64,000 nt of DNA, from NCBI GenBank assembly GCA_027923505.1, contig BROI01000024.1, positions 1 through 64,000 of the forward strand, read 5' to 3'. The stretch is from Mayamaea pseudoterrestris. Lineage: Eukaryota. Under the pieces are notes generated by a model. It ran no database searches. It was not told the DNA's origin and saw only the letters and a program-made list of their open reading frames with translations. Below, piece after piece: positions 9,401-19,786 of this stretch; position 1 is the stretch's first letter; the number at the start of each line of letters is the position of its first letter. The position numbers and the translations under genes are program-made.

Positions 9401-12155
9401 TACAGGGCTTGCTGTAGGGGCGTTTGAATGTCACGGCATCTGCGGGCTGAGACTGGTGACAAGTTGTCACCAAATACATTGCCATCCCCTGAGACACCAG
9501 CCAAGCCTACCATCTTGTAGCGCAGCCAGATTAATGATGTTGGCACCATTCTGGTGTAATTTGGGCCCCTACAGGGCTTGCTGTAGGGGCGTTTGAATGT
9601 CACGGCATCTGCTGGCTCAGACTGGTGACAAGTTGTCACCAAATACATTGCCATCCCCTGAGACACCAGCCAAGCCTACCATCTTGTAGCGCTGCCTGAA
9701 TAATGATGTTGGCACCATCCTGGTGTAATTTGGGCACCTACAGGGCTTGCTGTAGGGGCGTTTGAATGTCATGGCATCTGTGGCTGAGATTGGTGACAAG
9801 TTGTCACCAAATACATTGCCATCCCCTGAGACACCAGCCAAGCCTACCATCTTGTAGCGCAGCCTGAATAATGATGTTGGCACCATTCTGGTGTAATTTG
9901 GGCCCCTACAGGGCTTGCTGTAGGGGCGTTTGAATGTCATGGCATCTGCGGGCTGAGACTGGTGACAAGTTGTCACCAAATACATTGCCATCTCCTGAGA
10001 CACCAGCCAAGCCTACCATCTTGTAGCGCAGCCTGAATAATGATGTTGGCACCATTCTGGTGTAATTTGGGCCCCTACAGGGCTTGCTGTAGGGGCGTTT
10101 GAATGTCACGGCATCTGCGGGCTGAGACTGGTGACAAGTTGTCACCAAATACATTGCCATCCCCTGAGACACCAGCCAAGCCTACCATCTTGTAGCGCAG
10201 CCTTAATAATGATGTTGGCACCATTCTGGTGTGATTGAGTGTATACATGGCTGGCTGTAGGGGCGTTTGAATGTCATGGCATCTGCTGGCTGAGACTGGT
10301 GACAAGTTGTCACCAAATACATTGCCATCCCCTGAGACACCAGCCAAGCCTACCATCTTGTAGCGCAGCCTGGATAATGATGTTGGCACCATTCTGGTGT
10401 AATTTGGGCCCCTAGAGGGCTGGCGGTAAGGGCGTTTGAATGTCACGACATCTGTGGCTGAGATTGGTGATAAGTTGTCACCAAATACATTGCCATCCCC
10501 TGAGACACCAGCCAAGCCTACCATCTTGTAGCGCAGCCTCAATAATGATGTTGGCACCATTCTGGTGTAATTTGGGCACCTACAGGGCTTGCTGTAGGGG
10601 CGTTTGAATGTCATGGCATTAGCGGGCTGACACTGGTGACAAGTTGTCACCAAATACATTGCCATCCCCTGAGACACCAGCCAAGCCTACCATTTTGTAG
10701 CGCAGCCTGAATAATGATGTTGGCACCATTCTGGTGTAATTTGGCCCCTTGAGGGCTTGCTGTAAGGCTTGCTGTAAGGCCATTTGAATGTCACGGCATC
10801 TGCTGGCTGAGACTGGTGACAAGTTGTCACCAAATACATTGCCATCCCCTGAGACACCAGCCAAGCCTACCATCTTGTAGCACAGCCTAAATAATGATGT
10901 TGGCACCATTCTGGTGTAATTTGGGCCCCTACAGGGCTTGCTGTAGGGGTGTTTGAATGTCACGGCATCGCTGGCTGAGACTGGTGACAAGTTGTCACCA
11001 AATAATTTGCCATCCCCTGAGACACCAGCCAAGCTTTTTATCTTGCAGCGCGGCCTCAATAATGATGTTGGCACCATTCTGGTGCAATTGGGCCCCTAGA
11101 GGGCTAGCTGTAAGGGCGTTTGAATGTCACGGCATCTGCTGGCTGAGACTGGTGACAAGTTGTCACCAAATACATTGCCATCCCCTGAGACACCAGCCAG
11201 GCATATCATCTTGTAGCGCAGACTGCATAATGATGTTGGCATCATTCTGGTGTAATTTGGGCACCTACAGGGCTTGCTGTAGGGGCGTTTGAATGTCACG
11301 GCATCTGCTGGCTGAGACTGGTGACAAGTTGTCACCAAATACATTGCCATCCCCTGAGACACCAGCCAAGCCTACCATCTTGTAGCGCAGCCTGAATAAT
11401 GATGTTGGCACCATTCTGGTGTAATTTGGGCACCTACAGGGCTTGCTGTAGGGGCGTTTGAATGTCATGGCAACTGCAGGCTGGGACTGGTGACAAGTTG
11501 TCACCAAATACATTGCCATCCCCTGAGACACCAGCCAAGCTTTTCATCTTTTAGCGCAGCCTCAATAATGATGTTGGCACTATTCTGGTGTAATTTGGGC
11601 ACCTACAGGGCTGGCTGTAAGGGCGTTTGAATGTCACTGCATCTACTGGCTGAGACTGGTGACAAGTTGTCACCAAATACATTGCCATCCCCTGATACAC
11701 CGCCAAGCTTACCATCTAATAGTGCAGTCTAAATAATGATGTTGGCACCATTCTGGTGTGATTTGGGTGTATACCTGGTTTGCTATAGGGGCAATTGAAT
11801 ATCAAGGCATCTGCGGGTTGAGACTGGTGAGAAGTTCCACCAGTCACATTGCAGTCTACTAGGGCACCCATCAGGTATGCCATCTTGTAGCGCAGCCTCA
11901 AAAATGATGTTGGCACCATTCTGGTGTAATTTGGGCACCTACAGGGCCTGCTGTAGGTGTGTCTGAATGTCATGGCATGACAAGTTGTCACCAAATACAT
12001 TGCCATCCCCTGAGACACCAGCCAAGCTTACCATCTTGTAGCGCAGCCTCAAAAATGATGTTGGCGCTATTCTGGTGTAATTTGGGCACCTACAGGGCCT
12101 GCTGTAGGGGGGGTTGAATGTCACGGCATATGTGGTCTGAGACTGGTGAGAAGTC
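6492..12155. repeat. Tandem satellite array, ~169-bp monomer, ~31-32 copies, degenerate at right edge
   Basis: GGTGACAAGTTGTCACC recurs at 168-169 bp spacing (e.g. ~6542, 6711, 6879, 7048 ... 8610, 8779, 8948, 9117 ... 11658); last three copies diverged or deleted. Confidence 0.97.
7191..7561 (+). mobile_element. Non-autonomous non-LTR retroelement (SINE-like, possibly RTE-dependent) inserted in the satellite
   Basis: 13-bp TSD AGGGGTGTTTGAA at 7178-7190 and 7562-7574; 3' tail CAACAACAAC; no credible ORF, no TIR or LTR. Confidence 0.85.
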
Positions 12156-12614
12156 TTTGCAGGCTTTGTGAAACCATTGATCCTACCACCTCCCTGCCCC
12201 GCAAATGTGCTTGAGTGCCAGCTCATTAATTCTTTTCCAGTATTTTCCAGTATTGGTGCAAAGCCTGCAAACCAGTGTTATATAGCTTGTCCAGCATGGC
12301 CTCCTAGCTGAAAGCCTAAGGTCACTCGCACAATTTAATTGCATACTTGTTAGTAAGGATCATCTACTATCATGTCCATTACACTGCACATCCCTACTGC
12401 CTATAATAGCTGCCGCTAGAGAATAGCAGCAGCATTGCCACATACATCATGTTTTACTGGTACACTCTACAACAGTGACAGGCAAGGCACAGGGCGTGCC
12501 ACAGACCGTCAGGTCAGCTTGTACCTTCCGTTCCCCAAGGGTGAAGCAATTTAATTAGCAAAAGCACTAGTGTGTAGACATGTTTAACAGAAACTGGGAC
12601 GATTTACAGTCATT

Positions 12615-13131
12615 TTAAGTCCTGTTCTTGGCCATTCGTTGCTTCTGTAGACGCTCAAACTTGATGCGAAGGCGACCTTCCTTGATCTTGCGCTTCTTCT
12701 TTTCTTGCGGATTCTCAAAGTACTTTTTATGGCGGAGCTCAATCAAATGTCCCGACTTGCTGACTTCTCGCTTGAATCGACGAAGGGCTGACTCGATGGG
12801 CTCGCCATCACCAATGTCCACCTTGATGTTGACGGCAAGTTCTGTCGAAACGAGGCGGTTTGCTGTGGTGTTCGTACATTAATCAGAAAGGTGAGCGATA
12901 AATAAAAAAAATATATCATATATATCAAACCAAAATGCGACCCAGTCGCTACAATCGCGTCGTAATGTCGTGCTGTCGTCGTCATGAGGAGTGTCTCACT
13001 GTCGGCTGACAATGTTTCGAACCCAAAATCTTCAACGCACCTCGGACACCAAAGGTTGGAGCAAACGCGCTCGACAGTAGAACTGTCGATAGAGCTAGCA
13101 ATAGCGTCAAAACGAAGGTTGATCGCGCCAT
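12615..13131 (-). CDS. rps21: Plastid-targeted ribosomal protein bS21 (exons 13131-13041 and 12862-12615)
   Basis: [39 protein letters not shown] motif; signal peptide ending SSAF-AP; GT..AG intron 13040-12863 restores a 112-aa frame. Confidence 0.92.
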
Positions 13132-13346
13132 GGTCAAGTCTCTGTGTGTGATGGAAGAAGGCCAGTCTCGGCGTTGACGAAGAGAGAGGCTGGGATGCGA
13201 CAAGTGCGTGGACGGAATTCGGAACTTCAGATTTCGGATTTTGCTTTTGTCGCACTGGTTCTCTGTGCGACAACGATCGAGTCGACCAATGTGAATGCCG
13301 CATAAACAAGCTGTTTGGAGTAGCTACCTACTTTAACAAATATATA

Positions 13347-15605
13347 ATGAGTTGGACATGCTCCGCCTGCACATTTATCAATACGAATAGTAATAGAGTG
13401 GTTTGTGAAATGTGCGAGGCGCCGGCACCACAAAAGGCTAGTCTCGCCGCGTTGAGCCAGCAGTCCAAAATTGTGAAAGCGTCATCGTCGACGGCAAAAG
13501 TGCAGCAAACTCTGTTTGGCAAGAAGCTCGCTTCTGAAGTTGAAGCGAATGGAAAAGTAAAAAAGCGAAAACGGGTGAAGACGGAAGATCGAGCTGATAG
13601 ACAGAGCCGGCTTTTATCGTCTACGAATCTTCAAGCTTGCGTCGATGCGACGAGTTCATATGCCGACCTCAAGGAAAAAGCACGGGCAGTCTTGACAGGC
13701 ATATTCAAAATCAAACAACTCCGCAACTTACAACCTCAAGCCATCAAATGTGCACTCAAAAGACAGCATTGCACAGTAATAATGGCGACTGGAGGCGGCA
13801 AGAGTCTTTGCTATCAGCTTCCAGCACTAGTCCTCGGAGGGACCACCCTTGTCGTTTCTCCGCTCATTGCCCTCATGAATGATCAAGTACAGGCGTTGCT
13901 AGCCAAGGGTATTGAAGCAGCCATTATATCGTCGGCAAATAAAGAGAGCGAAAATGTTAACATACTCGAACGACTCTTGGGCTATGGCTATGGCAACAAT
14001 AAACCGGCAGCAACGACCAGTCCAAGCCTCAAGCCCATTGCGTTGCTGTACGTCACTCCGGAGCAAATCCAAACCAATCGATTTCGCGACGTGTTGCAAA
14101 AGATGCACAAGGCCAATCGACTGGCCATGATTGCCGTCGACGAAGCGCATAGCATTTCACAGTGGGGCCACGATTTCCGACCGAGTTATCGAAAACTTGA
14201 TTCTTTACGAATTGCTTTTCCGGACGTACCATTCATGGCATTGACTGCGACGGCTACTCCACAAGTCATGCAGGACATTCAAAAGACACTGTTGTTGAAG
14301 GACTCGCCATGCTTTGTTGGATCGTTTGACCGTGAGAATGTCTTTTACAAAGTTGCGTACAAGGATGTACTCGATGATGCATCGTCGAAAGGTTCGATTG
14401 GTCACTTGTGCGAGTTTGTCAAGGAGCAGCATGCACGCGCCCAAACCAAGAATCGACCATGCGCCGGCATTGTCTACGTGCACAAGCGCGACGACACTAT
14501 AAGTCTGGCGCAGAGCCTCGCCAAGGAAACTGGACTATGCGTTGTTTCCTACCATGGCGGCATGAAGGCCGCCGAAAGAACCGAGGCGCAGCGGGCTTGG
14601 ACGTCTGGAGACGCGCAGGTTGCCGTGGCGACGGTAGCGTTCGGCATGGGCGTGGATTTGGCGCACGTTCGCTACGTTGTTCATTGGACGTTGGCCAAGT
14701 CGATTGAAAGTTTTTATCAGGAAAGTGGACGGGGTGGCCGAGATGGATTGCCAGCATATAGTTTGTTGTACTACTCGAGAGACGATGCGCGTTTATTTGA
14801 TTTTTTGGCGCGACAAAAGAAGCCAAAAAGCAAGGATGACACGTCCACGGAGAAAGCTCTAGCCGATTTGCAAGGCATGATCGACTACTGTATGAGTCCG
14901 ACCCAGAAGTGTCGACGCTTTCATCTCTTACGACATTTTGGTGTTGACAAGCAAAGCACTTGTGACAAGACTTGCGACTACTGCTCGGATCCTGACGGTG
15001 TTCAAAAGAAGATTGGCCAAGCCAATTCGAATTACCAAATGCATACTAAGCTTGCTCCCACATCCTACCTAGACAAGAAGGCTTGGGATGGTCAATGGGA
15101 CAAACCTTACGGAGACGACGAATTAGACGATGACGGCGACGGGTTTCGTCATGACCAAGATGCCGTGTCCTCAACCGGGCTCGGCATTACTTGCTGCAAT
15201 GACGAGGGTCTTGATTGTCGGCAGCGGCCCGCAGCCGCATCAAAAAGTGTCGCACAAGTGCTCGCAAAATACGAGGCAATAGAAAGCCGCCATCAAAATC
15301 AAAATAATGCAAAGGGCGGTGGATTTGTTCATTTCCGAAAGTTGGATTCGGAATCACTGTCAGCACCGACACGAATACCTGCGCACTTGGTGAACTCCTT
15401 TCGCCACAGCAAACCGACACTGGTGGAACATGTTGCAGACGCGGTACCTCCTGGAGCGTCGAGCCATCAGTTGGCTGCGGAAACGGATCGTCTTCGCAAA
15501 GAAGTGGAAGCTCTCAAAGCTCAGCAAGTGACAGGCCACTTGATAGATCGAGCGCCCCCGCCTCCGCCTCCTATTGCGTTTGCTCAGACTTCGAGACGAA
15601 AGTAA
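13347..15605 (+). CDS. RecQ-family DNA helicase with N-terminal RanBP2-type zinc finger
   Basis: WTCSACTFIN...CEMC; MATGGGKSLCYQLP; DEAH; SQWGHDFRPSY; ATVAFGMG; YQESGRGGRDG; RQC Cys cluster. Confidence 0.94.
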   Translation: MSWTCSACTFINTNSNRVVCEMCEAPAPQKASLAALSQQSKIVKASSSTAKVQQTLFGKKLASEVEANGKVKKRKRVKTEDRADRQSRLLSSTNLQACVDATSSYADLKEKARAVLTGIFKIKQLRNLQPQAIKCALKRQHCTVIMATGGGKSLCYQLPALVLGGTTLVVSPLIALMNDQVQALLAKGIEAAIISSANKESENVNILERLLGYGYGNNKPAATTSPSLKPIALLYVTPEQIQTNRFRDVLQKMHKANRLAMIAVDEAHSISQWGHDFRPSYRKLDSLRIAFPDVPFMALTATATPQVMQDIQKTLLLKDSPCFVGSFDRENVFYKVAYKDVLDDASSKGSIGHLCEFVKEQHARAQTKNRPCAGIVYVHKRDDTISLAQSLAKETGLCVVSYHGGMKAAERTEAQRAWTSGDAQVAVATVAFGMGVDLAHVRYVVHWTLAKSIESFYQESGRGGRDGLPAYSLLYYSRDDARLFDFLARQKKPKSKDDTSTEKALADLQGMIDYCMSPTQKCRRFHLLRHFGVDKQSTCDKTCDYCSDPDGVQKKIGQANSNYQMHTKLAPTSYLDKKAWDGQWDKPYGDDELDDDGDGFRHDQDAVSSTGLGITCCNDEGLDCRQRPAAASKSVAQVLAKYEAIESRHQNQNNAKGGGFVHFRKLDSESLSAPTRIPAHLVNSFRHSKPTLVEHVADAVPPGASSHQLAAETDRLRKEVEALKAQQVTGHLIDRAPPPPPPIAFAQTSRRK

Positions 15606-15697
15606 TTGTATGACTAAATCAACAATAAGTTGAAAGTTAGCTAAAATGTAGGGACATTGCGCAAACTTGTAAATCTATAATCGGACTGCATTGCAGT

Positions 15698-18600
15698 TTA
15701 ATTAGCATCCATGATCGAAAGTTTCTCAAAGTTGGCAATTGCTTCTGCAATCTCCGTCTTCTTTTTTCTTAACGACTCGAGCCTTTCAGCTTCGTCGTTC
15801 TGTACATCTTCTGGCACCTTCGCGGCGTACTCAGGAGCTGCCACCTTCGTTTCCAATTGCGTAAGCAACGGGAGAGTAGATTTTAAATTTTTCTGCAATC
15901 GGTTGATCTCAACCTTAAAATCGACTAGTCCCTTCACATCCATCAAGACAGTTAGTTGGTCGTCAACAATGAGGGTGCCAACCATTGCAGGGATCATATC
16001 ATCTGCAATGTTCAACTCCACAGCCGACGCCTTGCCAAGAGTCATAATGTCGTCTTGCTGGTTCGACACGGCTGCAACAGAGTCTTCCGCAACCTTGACG
16101 AAAAAGTGAGTCAGTGTCTTATTGGGAATATTGTAAGACGCTCGAAGCGAGCGACATGCCTTCACGACTTTCATTGCGTTTGCCATTGATTGTTCGCCCT
16201 TGTCGTCCATGTACGACTCAATGCATTCAGGGTAACGAGCAATAATGATTGATTCGCTTTCTTCCGCCCCAAGCGTGCCGCGACCGGGGAGACGCTGCCA
16301 AAGCTCTTCCGTGACGAATGGCATCATCGGATGAAGTAACCTTAGTGCAGTTTCGAGCGTAATCCATAGACAGGCTTGGGCCGCCCATCGGCGGTCATTA
16401 TTTGCATCACTCTCGTCCTTGATAACAGGCTTAATCAACTCAAGATACACGTCGCAAATGTCGTCCATCCAAAGAGCGTAAATAGCCTGTTGAGCATCCC
16501 CGAAGCGATAGTTACTAAGCATATCATTAATGTTTACACAAGCCCCCATCAATCGAGAAATCATATATCTGTCGCGAATGGATGCTTTGTCGCCTTCCAT
16601 GAGTTCTTGCAAAAGAGTCGCAGACGGTTTGAAGTCGGACACAAATTGAAGTGCAAAGCGGGTGGCGTTCCAGAGTTTATTGCAAAACATGCGGTATCCA
16701 ACTACGCGCTTGACATCGAGGTTGATATCACGACCTTGGACAGTGTATGCGAGCAGACCGAATCTCAATGCATCGGAGCCACACTCAGGAATACCATCTG
16801 GAAACTCAAGCTCGTTGTTCTTCTTGGCGCGGTCAACCTCCTTTTTTGGCAAGTTACCTTCCTCTAATCGACTCTGCAGTGACTCCAACGAGCATCCGCC
16901 AATGACTTCAAGTGGATCAATCACATTGCCAAGTGACTTGGACATCTTTCGGCCTTCCTTGTCGCGCACCATGGCGTGAAGGAAAACTGTATGGAATGGA
17001 AGCGTATCAGTAAGCTCAAGTCCCATCATGACCATTCGAGCAACCCAAAAGAATAGAATATCCAGCCCCGTTTCAAGAAGCGATGTTGGGTAGAACGCCT
17101 TCAAGTCTGCCGTCTGTTCCGGCCAACCAAACACTGAAAAAGGAAATAGACCGGACGAAAACCACGTGTCTAAAACGTCCTCGTCTCTTTCTAGCGTGAA
17201 CTCGTCCCTGGAGCATTCTAGCAAAGCCTCGGCTTTCAAATATGCATCTTCCTCCGTTCGTGCAACAATCCACCGATCGCTCTTGTCAATATCGTTCTTA
17301 GAGAACGTTTCTCCCTTTTTCGTTGCAAACCATGCCGGAATCGAATGACCCCACCACAGTTGTCGACTTATACACCAGTCTCGGATGTTGTCAAGCCACT
17401 GGAACCATGTCTTTTCGTGGTCGGCAGGTATAATCTTTAGCTCGCCATTTCGGACAGCGTCAGTCGCTCGCTTCGCCATGCCACTGCAGTTTAAATACCA
17501 TTGCGGGGTAATCATTGGCTCTAGTATATCACCCGAGCGAGAGCATATTCCCAGGCGCATCGCGTTTGGCTCCTTGCCTTTGTATAAACCCTGCAGGACG
17601 GTTTACGTTAGACACAATAATAAACCATGCCCAGCGAAGAGTTAACATCACATGCTCTCTTACCTTCTCTTTTAAAGCTTCCTCCACAGCCATACGGGCA
17701 TCATACCGCATCATTCCGGTGAAAGGAGCGCCATTCTCGTTGATAGAACCGTCGGGTGCAAGCATAGTAATGAATTCAAGGTTATTTCGCTGTCCGCACT
17801 CGTAATCGTTCGGGTCATGTGCAGGCGTAATCTTCACAGCACCAGTACCAAACGCCATGTCCACAAGCACTCCGTCAGTGACAATAGGAATGCGACGATT
17901 GTTAAATGGATGGATCACAAATTTTCCTTGTAAGTGCTTGTATCGCTCATCGTCCGGGTGCACAGCCACAGCCGTATCGCCAAGCATTGTTTCTAAACGT
18001 GTCGTTGCCACGACAATGTACTCATCTGAATCTTCAACAGGATATGCGAATGAAGTCAATGTTCCAAACTCGTAACGTCCCTGAGCATCATTGGGATTCC
18101 CCTTATGTGTCTTGACTTCGAGGAATGTTCGTCCAGCAAGTTCAATGTAATCCACTTCAATATCTGATATTGCTGATTTCAGAGCACAAGACCAATTACC
18201 AAGACGGTTCGCTCGATACAAGAGTCCCTTTTCGTGAAATTGATTAAAGCTCTCGACGACGGCCCGGCTCAATTTGTCGTCCATGGTGAAACACTCCCGA
18301 GACCAATCAACGCTGCTGCCGAGAAATCGCAACTGGTTCGTAATTCTATCTCCATACTCGGCCTTCCATTCCCACACTTTCTCGACAAACTTATCGCGAC
18401 CCAAGTCGTGTCGCGTCTTGCCTTCATTCTTCATCAACATCTTCTCTACGACAGACTGCGTCGCAATGCCCGCATGGTCAATGCCTGTGTTTTACAAATG
18501 TACGACCCGGCACAATGAGTATTTGATGGACGGCAAATCACAATGTTAAAAGGGACAAAGCATTCTAGCATGGAGCCGATTACCAATTCTGCGCATTGAC

Positions 18601-19415
18601 TACGCATTCGGTTGCCCAGTGGACCCATGCATTCTTCACCATCAAACATAACCCACAGACCCAACATTCATCATTCTTACCTGGCACGTATAGCGTGGCA
18701 TGCCCCTTCATGCGATGCCATCGAGTCAGCGTATCTTCCACCGCAGCAGTAAGGGCATGCCCCAGGTGAAGCGACCCCGTCACATTTGGTGGCGGAATGA
18801 CCATGACAAACTTTTCCTCCGGCGGACGATCAAGAGCCTTGGATGGCTCGCACGAGTAGAATCCCTTGGCTTCCCACCAATCTTGCCAGGCAGCTTCAAC
18901 GGCGGATGGATGGTAGCCGTCGTCCATGGGTATATGCGAAAGATCCTTCTTTTCACCCTTGGGAGTCGAGTTGACAAATTTCGGCTTGGAAGGAGGTAGC
19001 TTCTTGGCAGCCTTTTCCTTCTTTGGCTGATTCCATTGTGGCTTTTCTTTCTTTTCCTTCGTCTATAGAGATTGATAAAAATTAAATCTTAGCTTTATTC
19101 ATTGGAACATGATCGCCGACGCCATCGCAGCCGATCAGGCATTTGCTAAAAACGTACCTTTCCTTTTGCAAGCTTCTTCAGCTGGTTCTTGGACATAGTT
19201 GTCTCATCACCTTCAGTAGCATTTTCTGCTGCTATATCGATCTGGATTGGATAGAACAAGAGACCGATGCCAATTGTCAGTTGCATCATACGTTTGACAA
19301 AGAATAAGCTGCCTACGGTCTACGGTAGAATCGATTGCTTGCTGACTCCGCATCACTTATACTAGTAAGCGGTTTACAGCTCCATTCGACTCACCGTTTG
19401 CTCCTGCTCGCTCAT
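15698..19415 (-). CDS. VARS: Valyl-tRNA synthetase (5 exons inferred)
   Basis: [13 protein letters not shown] (HIGH-like), [38 protein letters not shown]; four GT..AG introns; start at 19415 inferred. Confidence 0.95.
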
Positions 19416-19786
19416 GTTGACTTCCGCTTTCTCAAAATCTGTGAATATGTAGTCCAGGTCAAGCTACTTGGTCGGCTTGGTCTGGTGAGGATGTGAAGCT
19501 TGAGCGCAATTGTTCTTTGCGGTGACGAGCAGGTGCATCTGACCGTCAACCGCTCATGCGTGACAGGGATATTTCCGTTGCAGGTACCGGACCGACAGAT
19601 TTCGACGCGGCTCGCTCGGCGATCCCTCCGGCACTTTTGAGAACACGTCATTTGCTTTGGAAACGTTCGAAAGCACCAGCAATGGCCTTGTCACCTGCCT
19701 TTGTTCCGGAAGTGGTTGTTGGTCCTTTCCATCGAGAACAATGATGCAGCGAAATGTGGCCACAATAACGAAGAATGCCGCCGAAG

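Noticed and set aside
6492..12155. CRISPR-like array (palindromic repeat at regular spacing next to an RT)
   Set aside because: Sequence between palindromes is also repeated (no unique spacers), no cas genes, eukaryotic context; the RT is an ordinary copia pol
6656..12226. Repeated minus-strand ORFs (MSQGMAMYLVTTCHQ...) as a repeat protein
   Set aside because: 169 is not a multiple of 3, frames stop every 1-2 monomers, and variation follows CpG decay rather than codon constraint
12525..12571. Helitron 3' end (weak hairpin then CTAG|T)
   Set aside because: Hairpin is imperfect and too far from CTAG; no other Helitron evidence
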